Assembly: GCA_032718475.1 (NCBI GenBank)
Contig: JAUCBJ010008763.1
Location: 1 to 57,610 of the forward strand
From: Nemertoderma westbladi
Taxonomy: Eukaryota > Animalia > Xenacoelomorpha
Reading direction: 5' to 3'
Length of the DNA stretch: 57,610 nt
In this document: in pieces, positions 12,118-24,329 of the stretch
Position numbering within the stretch: the stretch's first letter is position 1
Layout: each line of letters starts with the position of its first letter
The notes under the pieces: model-generated
Told to the model about the DNA's origin: nothing
Database searches by the model: none
What the model saw: the letters and a program-made list of their open reading frames with translations, nothing else
Made by a program: the position numbers and the translations under genes

Positions 12118-12565
12118 TCAAGAATCAATGATATTATCAACATATTCAACATTATCTGTTGATTCTTCAGTTTCGACAAAGGATTCTTTTGAAATCATTA
12201 CAATAAAGAAAGACATAATTTCGTAGGGGCTATGCCGATTTAGCCGTATTTCAAACTTTTCACCAGCTTCGTTGTATTGTGTAATAACAATTAACCCCTC
12301 TATCATGGATAATAGTAAGATATTGACTTGCTTTGACTGCCTCATGCTCAACTTTCAGGTTGTAATCTAAGAGATGAATACTATTATCAGAAGCATCAAT
12401 ATCAATGGAGCTTAAAACTTTCCTGGCTTTTTCAGAAAACTCAATTTTATATTTATCATCTCCCCGACGGTAAATTGTATAATCAATAACAATATAGGCT
12501 TCACCATCTTCTGCAAAAAATGAATGCCTTACTATTGGCATAACCATATCGGAATCAGAAGACAT
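12118..12565 (-). pseudogene. Hypothetical Polinton accessory protein, frameshifted, with acidic tail
   Basis: Overlapping ORFs 12260-12565 and 12118-12351 appear to join near 12280. AATAATG start context and an upstream TATA-like run. Confidence 0.5.
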
Positions 12566-13149
12566 TATTTAATTTATTTTATTGTAAATCAAACAAACAA
12601 AGTAAAAACTTTTAAACTAAAACCATTACAAATGATTAATTGTGATTAAAGCAAGAGATTATATATAAGATATTTTCAAAAATAATACAGGTCTTAAACT
12701 GAGAAATAGCCTAAATTCGGTTTATTGATTGGTTGATTAGCCGGTAGGGAACTACTGTATAATCAAAAATTATTTGGTTCTGCGTAATAATAATAATAAT
12801 CACTAATGCTCGTATACGCGTAGCTGGAACGTGGCGGAATTTCATGTATCATACTGACTGGTTGGTTGGTTTGTTGGTTTGGCGACAGCAGTCGAGGAGT
12901 TGGCAATCGATATAATATAATATATAATATGCGTGATGCGTGTAGATGGCCACGTCGTCGTTGTCGTCACCATATACAGTATACAGTGGTGGTGGTGGTA
13001 ACGTGGCGAAAAGGTGAATAACATTAGGGTTAGTTAGTCAGTAGTCGAGTAAGGCGGTCATCGCGAGGTTAGGCTACGCTACGATTGGTTGATGGCAACT
13101 GCCGATGGTGACATATGGCGCGCACCGCAATTTAGCACCGGAATTTGGC

Positions 13150-13230
13150 ATTTTTTAAAGGCCTCCGAATGGAATGCCCATAGCCCAAGCTAGGGAGGAC
13201 TATGGTGGGGACACTTCTTCTCCTACTACT
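13150..13230 (-). repeat. Polinton terminus / outer part of the TIR; predicted 6-bp TSD CACATC
   Basis: The minus strand begins AGTAGTAGGAGAAG after a non-coding, more GC-rich subterminal region. The partner TIR is not in the window, so TIR length is unknown. Confidence 0.7.
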
Positions 13231-13446
13231 CACATCTAACAAGATTATGCAGGTCTTTATAATTGGGGCTTTGTTTTGTAGTCACCGCGCAGTGTCCGCG
13301 AATTATACATTGTAAAAAAATATTTAATAAAAATTTATTATAAAAAAAAATATTATTGAAATTAATTTCCGAAATTAACATCCCGAAATTAATTTATGGA
13401 TGTCCATTAACTAGTTATTTCATTACGATTCTGATTGGTTGATAGA

Positions 13447-13551
13447 TTAATTTCGGGACGTCCATAAATTAATTTCGGGACGTCCATAAGTTAATTTCGG
13501 GACGTCCATAAGTTAATTTCGGGTCGTCCATATAGTTAATTTCGGGACGTA
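13447..13551. repeat. 22-bp minisatellite TTAATTTCGGGACGTCCATA(A/G), about 5 copies
   Basis: Directly visible tandem copies, with related inverted copies at 13360-13410. Confidence 0.85.
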
Positions 13552-13811
13552 CAGATTATTATACTCCTCCTTTAACGAAGCCCCATTCAACTCCTTTTAT
13601 AAGACTGTGTACTCTATCAATGCCTCAGTGGGCGGACTCCAGTACTGCAAGGCTCAGCGCCGATTTAACAATCTGTCAATAATAAAAATGAAAGCGAGCC
13701 GACATTTAGTCAGATCCACCAAATCGATGGCCAAGGAGACAGACTGTCTGGATTTAGCTGATTCGAGTTAAATCGCTTCGCCAAAACGACCAAGTAGCCC
13801 ATAGGAATACA

Positions 13812-13886
13812 CTACATTTTTTTTGGTGATTTTGGTCATTTTGGCCGCCAAAACGACCAAGTTAATGTTTATTGGGATTGGGACTG
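13812..13886. mobile_element. Right end (TIR) of a TA-targeting CAGTCCC transposon
   Basis: Reverse complement of 52025-52100; ends GGGACTG followed by TA. Confidence 0.75.
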
Positions 13887-14208
13887 TATCTGTAGTGGAG
13901 ATTGCCTTGTTTACAGATTTCACCCACTCTTTGTTCTCATTGTATTGTGTTATCACACCGTATTTCCAGCTTCAGTCAGTCAATTATTATCACTCTGTAA
14001 TATTATTGGTTCCCAATTGGCTATCGCACATCTATACGTAGCTAGGAGACATACATCTTTTTGTGGTGGTTAGTTCCAAGTGTTAGTTTTTAGTGCAGTT
14101 ACTGTTTTCCAGTTTACTGTTCAGATTACATTTCACGTATTTATCACACATTATGTTTCTTTACTTTATCATTATGGTGACCACTGACCACTCATGGTTC
14201 ACCATAAT

Positions 14209-14631
14209 GGCACTGGTTCGATATGGGTAGGCCTACCGAGTTTTTTTTTATATTTGTAACTATATTACTGTTCTAGAACACACTGTATACACTATACACT
14301 GTATTGGTACCCCCTTTATATCTTTATTTATTTGGTTAGGTTTGGGTTACAGTGATTAGGTTATGTTGATTGGGTTACGGTGATTTGGCTAAGTTGAACT
14401 AGTTGGCCGGGGGGACGCGCTTCGTGCGTACTCGCTTCGCTCGCCCGGCCAATTAGGGGTAGGGTAAGATTTTGGTTAGGGTTAGAGTTCAACTCGCCCA
14501 TTTACCAAATGTGCTTTGTATTATTAATACATTGTGTTCTAGAACAGTACGGTAATATAGTAACAAATAAACAATTGTAAAATGTAACAAAAAAAATCAG
14601 AAATCTCCATACCCATATCGAACCAGTACCC
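14209..14631. mobile_element. MITE with GG termini and 8-bp TSD (Merlin/MuDR-like)
   Basis: ACCATAAT at 14201-14208 and 14632-14639, with ~80-bp imperfect inverted arms (GGCACTGGTTCGATATGGGTA). The second copy (26452-47170) is split by the BEL element. Confidence 0.75.
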
Positions 14632-14640
14632 ACCATAATA

Positions 14641-15162
14641 TCAAAGCAAACTATTTTCTTCCTCTATGGTTAACATCAATACGGGGGTTACCAAACCGGT
14701 ATACAGGTCAATGGTATTTAACCTTCCTGCAAAGTTGTGAGCAAGGGGCTTTGTTGTCCACATTGGCCTTACAGTTAGAAGGTAGGTCGATATATGGTCG
14801 CAATTACACGCGGTTAAATTGTACCTAACCGGTACCCCTACCAATCGTGACAGCCTGTGAAATACTTTGCTTAAGTTTATGTCGCCACGCCGCATGTTGA
14901 ACTGTCTCATGAATGTTGTGTCAATACACAACGGACAAGGATTTTGAAGGAAAGCTTGGGTTGCTGGTCGGATTAGAACCTTGGGTGAAAGTTCACCACT
15001 ATCCATCTGTAGCTCTATAAGGTCTGATGTAGGTTCGTGTTCACGGTTTAGCAACACAGCCGTATGAAAATATTTTTTGCTTCGATTATTAGGAAGAGTC
15101 CAAAATCCAGTTGGAGTCGTTTGCCTTTCAAAAACGACCTTAGCTCCGGTAAGATAGTCTTT
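14641..15162 (-). pseudogene. H-box/NC (LRAT/PLAAT-like permuted NlpC/P60) gene, 5'-truncated copy
   Basis: YFHTAV..YNLTACNCDHISTYLLT. Matches 47215-48009 up to ~15162, where RTE sequence begins. Confidence 0.7.
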
Positions 15163-17800
15163 TTGGCGACTCGCCCTCGCGTCAGCAGATGATAGTGGCA
15201 ATGGTGGAATTGGTCTATTGATGAATCCAACTGCACATGCAGCATTGGACAAAATAGACCAAATCTCAAACCGCATCATCCGTTGCCACTTCTCATGTTC
15301 TGGAAGACTGGCTAAGAAGTTTCCTAAGGTGGTTCTGATTGTGTGCTACTCTCCAACTAGTGTTGCCCCTGTAGAGGAGGTGGAAAATTTCTACCACAAT
15401 CTACAAGCAACAACTGATGGAGTGGATCAGCATGCATTCTTAACATTCCTGGGAGACTTTAATGCAAGTCTGCATCAATCACCTACATCGCCATGGGTCT
15501 ATAGCAATAGTGTTAACCGAAATTCTGTCCATCTTCAGGATTTTATCTCTGGAAATGGATTGTTTTCGGCTGGAACCCAGTTCAAGAAGCGAACTGGAAA
15601 GCTATGGACTCATAGTGGACCCAGTGGTCACAAGTCCCAGATAGACCATATTCTGTTTCGTAGGAAATACAGGAGCTCTATACAAGACTGTAATGCATTT
15701 ACACTTCGACCCTTCTCCAGTGATCACCGCCTTATTGTGGCCAAGGTAAGACTTAGTCTGCGTGCTAGCAGAACAACGAAATCTGCCTTGCCACGGCATG
15801 ACTGATCCTCTCTGTTGCAACAGCCAAGTGTGAGATCCAGCTTCACACTACAGCTGAGCAACAGGTATGAGGCTCTTGCCTCTGAGGCGGCAGATCACTG
15901 TGAGGGCTATACTGCCTTTACAGAAGCAGTTAAGTTAGCAGCTGCAGAAACAGTTCCTGTATACCCTCGAAACAGGAAAAGGGCCCCCTGGACTGACAAC
16001 AAAATTCAGAAGTGCCGAAATGACCTTCATAAGGCACAGAAAGAGTCCCGACTCAAACAGACTACAGCGGCCAAGAATGCAGTTAAAGCTGCATCTAGGT
16101 CCCTGAACAGGCAGTACTCTGTTAATCTACAGGAGCTAATAAACCAACAGGTTGATGCCATCAATGATGCTGACGACAGCAGGCAATCATCCCAGGCATG
16201 GAAATCGATCAATCTGCTTACTGGGCGGAAAAGCCAACCAACCACCAAGGTTAAGGCTGAATCACCAGCCGATCGCCTCAACGGTTGGAAAGCCCACTTT
16301 GAAAAGCTCCTCAATAATGACAGGGTTTTGCCTGATAACTTTATAGAAGTAAAAGTGTCTGAGTCTGTACTCCCAGATATTCCCATTGGCGATATCTCCT
16401 TTGCAGAAGTGAAGGCTGCTGCAAAGAGCATTAAGACCAATCGTGCCAGTGGAGTAGATGGTGTTCCCCCTGAGGTCTTTATAAAATACCTGAGTGTTTA
16501 AAGCTCATCTATCCCATCATAGTAGACATGTACCGTACAACAAGAGTCCCACAAGAAATGAAAACAAATAAGTTGGTGCCAGTTCCCAAGAAGGGCAACC
16601 TAACACTCTATGGTTCTTTTCGGGGAATCTCATTGATCTCGATTGCTGCAAAACTATACAATAGAATTCTATTAAATCGCATCAGGGATCCCATTGAGAG
16701 ACTGCTCCGTGGAAATCAGAATGGGTTCCGTAAAGGTCGTGGGACCATGGAGCCCATTTTGGCACTTAGAAGGATAATTGAAGAGTTATCAAAAAAGAAA
16801 GACAGGCATCTGGCTGTTATCTTTGTTGACTTCTTCAAGGCCTTTGATTCAGTCTCTCGCAAACGTATGTTTAGCATACTTTCATTATATGGGATTCCTG
16901 ATGAAATTATTGCAGCATTCAGATCAGTATACGATGGTTAGACATTTGTGTCTACTGTTGACGGTGACACAGAACCATTTGAAGTGTTATGGGGCGTCCT
17001 CCAGGGAGACACACTTGCACCATTCTTGTTCATAATTGATGTTGACTATGTTCTACGCATGTCCTTAGATCATCATAATGATGATGGGGTGATGATAACT
17101 CCACCTACTGGCTCCAGAAGTCGAGGAAATCCTGCCAAGTACCTAACAGATCTAGACTTTGCTGATGACTTAGGAGTACTCTCAGAATCACTGAGGGAGC
17201 CCAACGGCTCCTCAGCTCATTAGAACATGCTGCTTCTAGTGTTGGTCTTTTTATTAACTCCAGAAATACCAAAATTTTGACAGTTAACTTTGAAAGTCCT
17301 CAGCAAGTCTCTGATCGGATGAGCATAAGCTCAAAAGATGGTATGCTTGAGCATGTGGATGACTTCTGTTACCTGGGATCATGGATCCGGAAGTCAGGTG
17401 AGGACCTTCGAATACGTAAGGGAAAGGCATGGGCAGCCTAGAATAGGCTTTCCAGGATTTGGAAGTCACCGAGAATTAATCGGAAACTTAAGGTCCGGTT
17501 ATTTATAGCAGCAGTAGTTCCAGTACTCCTCTATGGGAGTCCAAGCTGGGCTCTAACTGCTGAGGACACCACATCTCTGGATGGCAAGTTCAATGCACAC
17601 ATCTCCAACCAGACACTATATAACATTGGAGGTGTCTCATTGGTTCCCCCAAGCTTGACAATAGAACAAAATCGCCTCTGCTTTGCAGGACATTGCTTTC
17701 GCCGTGAGGACCAGCCAGTGCATAATCTTGTACTTTGGCAGCCTCATGGAGTGAATAAGCATGGTGGACAGCCCATGACTTTCTTGAGGATTATTAAGCC
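15163..17800 (+). mobile_element. Decayed RTE-clade LINE (APE endonuclease + RT)
   Basis: CYSPT, GDFNA, QIDHIL, SDH, RGISL, QNGFRKGR, FVDF.KAFDS, GVLQGDTLAPFLF, DFADD. Several stops and frameshifts. Confidence 0.9.
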
Positions 17801-17869
17801 GGCACAGCATTCTTAAAAATGCAGCTGCAATGCATCATGCCGATCCTAGTAGTATTGACAGCTGTTCAC

Positions 17870-19850
17870 GTAAAACAACGCACATTTAACTACTGGAAGC
17901 GATATCCTGCTCAGCGGCCTTACCAGAGATACATATCGGCTCCAAACGAAGCAACCAGTGTATGTAGGAACGCAAAGCGGAATTTTGAAAGGAATATTGC
18001 CATAAGCTGGAAGATAGCCCTAAAAAGGTTTTGGTCTTATGTAAATAAAAACCGATAATCGAAATCACAAATAGAGAAGGACCTCTTAAAGATGCTAATA
18101 ACAAGAAGGTAGATTCCGACCAAGGTATGGCTGATTTACTCAATGAAACATCTGCAAGTTACTTCACAAAGGACAATAGTCCTACAGCCGCACCTCCACC
18201 CTTTCCCTAGATTGCCCCATAATTGACTCTAAGTATATACTCCAGTATATACTATAAGTGAAAACGTCTTGAAAACCCTCAGTGAGCAAAACCCGAATAA
18301 ATCACCAGGCCCCGACTAAGTATCTGCCATGGTGGTTCACGAACTAGCAAGTGTTATCGCATCTCCTGTCCAAATAATCCTTCAAAGTTCATTCGACACT
18401 GGAATTATACCTGATGACTGGTTGACTGCAGATATAACCCCTATTCCGAAAAAACCACCGAATCCGAATCGAAACAATTACCGCCCCATTTCCCTGACAT
18501 GTATCATAGCTAAATGGTGTGAGAAGCTCATCCGTTCACCACTGTAACATTATTTTGAACTGAACAACTTGTTTGACTGCTCGCAATACGGGGGACGCCA
18601 TGGGAGGCCAACTAACAGTCCAGCAACTATTGGATGTCTTAGATAACATAAGTAACGCATTGGATGACCCTAATGTAGAAGGCTGTGATGTCATATATTT
18701 GGACTTGAAACGGGTATATGACTCTGTCTCCATTCGTTTACTATTACACAAATTGTACGCATATGGTGTACGAGGAAAACTGTTACGGTGGATAAAAAAC
18801 TTTCTTAGTAACAGAACTCAAAGTGTTGTTATTAATGGTAAAGGTAAATCTAGTAAATACATACCATTAGAAAGTGGCCTACCCCAAGTAACAGTGCTGG
18901 GTAGGCCTACCTTATTGTTCATAGTCTTCGATAATGATGCTCTGTCTGTTATTGAATCCTTGTGCAGCCTGTTTGTTGACGAACAAAAGTTATACAGACA
19001 CATTACTGTAGTTCCGCCAGAGATGTTTCCATTTTACAGAATGACCTTAATGCATTGAGTACTTGGGCCAATGATTGGAAACTTACCTAATGTGGACAAG
19101 TGCAAAGTGGTTATCAAAGTACTCATCAAGTGCAGAGTACTGATTCCCCCCCCCCCCCCCCCGAATACTACCGAGATGGTAATAAACTAGAAATTGTCCC
19201 CCAATGCAAGAACCTCGGTGTCACATTTTCAAACACATTATTATATTCTTCCCACAGTTCTAATATCTGCGCCTCTGCTTCAAGTGTGCTGGCTGTAATG
19301 AGGATAAATTTCACATATGGAGCCACAAATGTTTATACTGTAGGGCCTAGTGCTATACAAGTCGATTTTACGCCCTATCCTTGATTGAGTACCCCACTCC
19401 AATTTGGTCGTCTAATCTCCGTTCCGATATAGATAAAATAGAACGCATCCAACATCGTGCTACTAAACTGGTTCCATCCTTACGGAACCTTCCGTATCAA
19501 GAGCGTCAGGAGAGGCTTAAACTCCCGACGTTAATATACACACGAATCCGTGGCGACCTCATCACAGTGTCGAACTAACCCATGGCAAGGCGGCGTTCGA
19601 TTGGAAACAACTATTTTGCTTGTTAGAGGAAACTCCCTAAAGCTACACAAACAGGCCCTCAATAAGAAATTGCTGGTTTGTAAAAACTCATTTGCAAACC
19701 GAGTGGTAAACGTCTGGAACCGGTTAACCAACGATGTCGTAACCGCGACCATCGTGAATGCTTTTAAAATAGGGCTCGATTGCTTCATGCCAAATATTAT
19801 GAACATTTAGGACGACACTCCCGCACGTCAAGATAACAGCGTTTTATTTT
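17870..19850 (+). mobile_element. Decayed CR1-type LINE RT fragment
   Basis: FWSYV, KSPGPD, NYRPISLTC, DVIYLD, SGLPQ..VLG, IERIQHRATK, RGDLI, F.NRVVN.WN.L. Confidence 0.88.
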
Positions 19851-20318
19851 CAGACGACAGATCTTCTTTTTAATTCAGAAACTATATCATAACCCTTGGC
19901 ACATACCTATATTATATCTTAATTTTTATCGAATTTCATTCATATTTATTTCCACATCTATGATTTTTATACATCTATGATTTTTGTAAATATAATTAAA
20001 GCATTATTACATAATAATTTTATTTAATTTTTTTTCCCGTCTTTAAAATGCAATTGCGTAACTTGGCAGAATCTCCGAATAGTGCAATGAATTTAGAAAT
20101 ATACTGTCAATTTCATGATTACGTCACATACGTCATATATTACCTGCAATCTTAACCGATGCATTTTATCATAATGTTGTAATAATATAGGCCCCTTATT
20201 CAATTATTGTTTCTGGCCCTACAATTTTTTCAAGCGCCAATATGCATTATTTTTAAACTACAGGTACTGTATGTAATTTGTAACTTGTGCTTTCTCCCAT
20301 GTTCGAGGCATATATTTC

Positions 20319-20940
20319 TTATTGTGGGGCGAGACACGTAGTCGGCGAGCCTTGGCATACGGTTCACATAGGGCAAATGGGGCATGTCCGTCTGTCTGTC
20401 TGTCTGTCTGTCTGTCTGGTAAATGTTTGAACGCGAATATCTCGGCATCGCTGGTTCGGAATTGAACCAAACTTAGTAGGTAAGTAGTAGAGAGAAAGTT
20501 TAGAAAGTTTGCAAAGTTTGGTGAAAAATCATGCAGTCTGACGTCAGCTACGACAGATTATGTGGTTTTTAGAAAATGTTAAATTTCTCGGGAAGGCCTC
20601 ATTTTTCTGAGCTGAAATTGTGGTGGCCTGTAGAGAATCATGAAGTCTATCTTTTACGAAATTGAAAAGTTAAGACATTTAATTGGGGATTCGCTAGAGA
20701 CTCAGAAGTAATGACATAGGCCTACCGGTACGGTACTGCTGTACAGTGCTGCACTGGTAAGTACGAAATTGCAGAATAACAATTTGACACCACCTAGCGG
20801 ATTAACATATGATTGTATATCGAATGAATACATTTATAGCATGGGATATGGGGTCCAAACTAGACATGCCCCATTTGCTCTATATGAACCGTATGCCAAG
20901 GCTTGCCGACTACGTGCTGCGCGAAGTCCCCACGAACGTG
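20319..20940. mobile_element. DINE-1/HINE-like (Helentron-associated) non-autonomous element
   Basis: ~65-bp inverted repeats (20324-20389 and 20865-20933) and a (GTCT)n microsatellite right after the left arm, followed by an AACGCG..ATCTC..CCAAACTT core. Confidence 0.6.
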
Positions 20941-21000
20941 TTACTTATGGTATAAACTTAATATTTTTTTTATCGAATTTTATCTTTAATCAATTAGAGA

Positions 21001-21345
21001 TTGAGCGCCCGACTTAACTCCATAAACAGCGACGTAGCGGGCTGTTGGCTATTCGGTCCTGGCTTCCTCCCTCGGGTTGAAGCGCAAAACTCCCAGTTTA
21101 GGATCTCCATCGCGGTCCGCCTGGGCTGTAAGTTGACTGCACCCAACTGCTGCTCCCGGTGTGGTAGCCACGTTGAGTTTGACGGTCTGCACGGCCTGTC
21201 GTGTAAGAGTAGCGCAGGCCGACATCCCAGACACACCATGCTCAACGACATTATGAAGCATTCTCTGGCCAGCTGCGGAGTGCCGTCCCTCCTAGAACCA
21301 CCGGGTCTGCAGAGACGGCAGCAGCAAACGGGTTGACGGGGTGAC
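21001..21345 (+). pseudogene. C-terminal fragment of an RLE-type (CRE-like) non-LTR retrotransposon
   Basis: FRISIAVRLG..CSRCG..HGLSC..RH..LND..EPPGL, then frameshifted KRVDG (zinc knuckle plus PD-like nuclease start). Confidence 0.75.
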
Positions 21346-21349
21346 CCTC

Positions 21350-22050
21350 CCCAGCAAAGTCACATCCTTCGAAATTGCTACTAATATGCTGCTAATTTGA
21401 TCGAAATAAATTTTCTTCGAAATTATCAGCATTTTCGCCGTCTAAATTGTCTGATAATTCAGTCTACAATTCGTAGGATAAATTATCCTTCTAAACGAAG
21501 GATAAATTCGAAGACTATTCGAAGATTCTGAAGATTTAGCTAGTTTTTAGCCGGCAAATAGAAGGATAAATATGCCTACTATTCGCCGGATAAATTATCC
21601 TTCTAAACGAAGGATAAATTTGTAGACTTTTCGAAGGGTGGATGAATTGATAATTTTTATCCTTCGTTTAGAAGGATAATTTATGCTGCTATTCGAAGGA
21701 TAAATTATCCTTCTAAATGAAGGCTAAATTTGTAGACTTTTCGAAGGGTGGATGAACAGATGAATTTATAGTTTTTATCCTGCGTTTAGAATGATAATTT
21801 ATGCTACTATTCGAAGGATAAATTACCTTATATTCGAAGGATAAATTACCTTCTAAACGAAGGATAAATTTGTAGACTTTTCGAAGGTTGGATCATTTAG
21901 CTTAGTTTTGTTTAGTTATGCATAGTTACAGTATGTTATGTTTTATCCGGCAAATACTGAGAGTAAAATAATAATTATATACTGTAGTTATGCCTACTAA
22001 TAATCCGAATATTTTTTTATCTGGGGACCATATTTAGCAGTAAATTAGTA
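21350..22050. mobile_element. CCCAG-ended (EnSpm/CACTA-like) non-autonomous element with internal GAAGGATAAATT repeats
   Basis: Starts CCCAGCAAAG and has many direct and inverted copies of TTCGAAGGATAAATTATCCTTCTAAAC. The right end is not resolved. Confidence 0.45.
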
Positions 22051-24329
22051 CAAAGTTATCAGTTCTTTAGAATTGTCGATTATATAATAATATATCATCT
22101 GAAGCAAAGAAAATTGATCTATATTATATCCAGTGCCATTTATATTGTTTTATGAAATAAATCCATTAATTACTGTGTGATGCTGTGTCTGTCCTTAAAG
22201 GTGCGGTAATCCATGTATCCAGAGTCTGCAGGTCTGAGTGTATGGCAGAGCTAGAGGTAAAGCCGATGTCCAGTCCATACTGCCCTACAGTATGTCACTG
22301 TCAGAATGTCAGACACCTAACGAGACTACAGTATCTGACTACAGTATGTCTTTCAGGCAGTCAGGGAAATCCTGGGGACAAACAAAGCACATATTTTTTC
22401 AGTATTAATACCTAATACGTGTACTATATCCGAAACTGAAAGTTTTAAAAAATGTACCTTTTATACTACAGTATAACGATACAGAAACTATTTACTCTAC
22501 TGCTCTATACTGTATAAAATTTATTCTTAATTAATAATTATTTTTAATCTTTTGTTTAATATACAAATTTTAATACAGTATTTAACATTTTAATATTCAG
22601 ATATTTTCTTGCTATCATGCACCCCGGTCAGCCTGTACAATCAGCGCGTCGCACATCAGCACATGTACACATGTAACTAACAGTACAACATATCGTAGGG
22701 CAGTTGGAAGTTCCGTACCTGCTGACCCGTACTGTATTTTTTCGTTGGAATACATATACTGCAGCACACTGTACACTTCACACACTGCACACTGTTAACA
22801 CTGGACCCACGACCTCCAAGAGATGTGAATTCAATGCAACCACTACACCAAGGTCTCTTTGATTAAGAAAATGAATTAAATAATTATTGAATGCTTTTAA
22901 ATTTAATGTTGTAATTTAGTGTCGTAATTCAAAAACATGATACCACCCCACCCCCCCTTCCCTAACTTTTATACAAATTTTAATGAATAGATGATATGAA
23001 ACAGAGTTACAGTAGTTTCACCTCCCTCATCCGTAGTAACTGAGACAGAATTTGTATTTTTGCTTTTTATTCTTTAGCAACAAGCGTTTGAAAAAAGTGT
23101 CACCGGCGGCGATATCATCACCAGTCCCATCTCAGTTATTCAACCTTATATTAATTTGTTGGTTCTGATGGAAAGCTGACCATGCAACGATTCCAAATAT
23201 GAAAAAATGGAAATTTAGAAAATACAGTTGCTGAGATATGGGCTTTCGAATGTTGAATGTTTTTTCACGGCGCAAGGCTATTTTTATATTTAATAAATAA
23301 ACCATGTTCTAGAACATGATGTAAAAACGTAACTAGGGGGTGTTCGATAAAGTATGTCACGCACTAGGGGGGGGGGGGGGGGGGGGGGGGGTGTCGACTT
23401 TTGTGACGGTTACGGCGATGTTCTAGGCTTTAATGTTAGATAAATTATAAATTTTTATACTACAGTACTGTATTATACTATTTAAACTATTAAATTTCTT
23501 AGTGTTTTAATTTAATATTTGTTTATAATAAAAAGTCTTTATAATTCAAAAAATAATAATTCTCTTTAGTTGAAGTGGGATCTTATAACATCATTTAATA
23601 CATTTTGAATTTATGAATTGTCAAAAACTAGTTGAAATTTTCTTGTACTGTAGAGTTTTTTTTTCACCATCGAATTTTAACCATCCGCTCCCAATTTTTT
23701 TCATCTCTTTTTTTTTAACCATTTGAACTTCATTTTTGAGATTTTTGCAATATTTTGCGACATATTGTCATATTTTGCCATGTTTTTAACCAAATCTTTA
23801 AGTTTTTAACCATTTTGTCAAAATTAAAGGCTTGTTTATTTCTTTAACCATTAACCATCGGGCCAGAATCTTTACTAAATGGTTTAAAAAAAACTCTACA
23901 GTAGTTTGACAATTTTTGTCAGTCTGGTAATTATATTGGACAGACCATTTGGATTGGTGCAACTCTACAATCAATGAAACTACATTATTTACGTATGAAC
24001 TTCCAACCATATTGCGCTCATATACAGTAGAGTCTGAACATGTGAACAATTTTCAGGAAATTGGTATACATCCATTCTTAAGCGAAAAATTTTGTGAAAT
24101 TTGGTGACAATAATTTGTGATAAGTTAGTGTAAAAAAAGTAGTTGAAATTTTACTGTAGTTTGACATTTTTTGTCAGTCTGGTAAAAGCAACGTTGAAGC
24201 AGTAAGAGCAATTTGGAGTTAGCATGACACAGGGATTTTCAATTCAATGGAGTTGAAACTTATTTTGAATCAGCCACATCAGAAGGGGATGCAGAAAAAG
24301 AGCCAAAAACATACCAAAATCGGTCTGAC

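Larger units (their letters stand above)
1..13230 (-). mobile_element. Polinton/Maverick (adintovirus-like) endogenous element, right part; left end and pPolB lie outside the window
   Basis: Co-oriented cluster of ATPase, integrase, penton-like, MCP and adenain genes. The element ends ...TTCTCCTACTACT at 13230 (minus strand AGTAGTAG, typical Polinton terminus). Assigning 1-1900 to the element is inferred. Confidence 0.9.

Noticed and set aside
14330-14490. Telomere remnant (GGTTAGGGTTAG; also ~13024)
   Set aside because: Only one or two degenerate units, internal to a MITE or TIR region.
14641-15279. 212-aa ORF as a real gene
   Set aside because: Chimeric: the first ~39 codons are antisense RTE sequence fused to the truncated H-NC gene.
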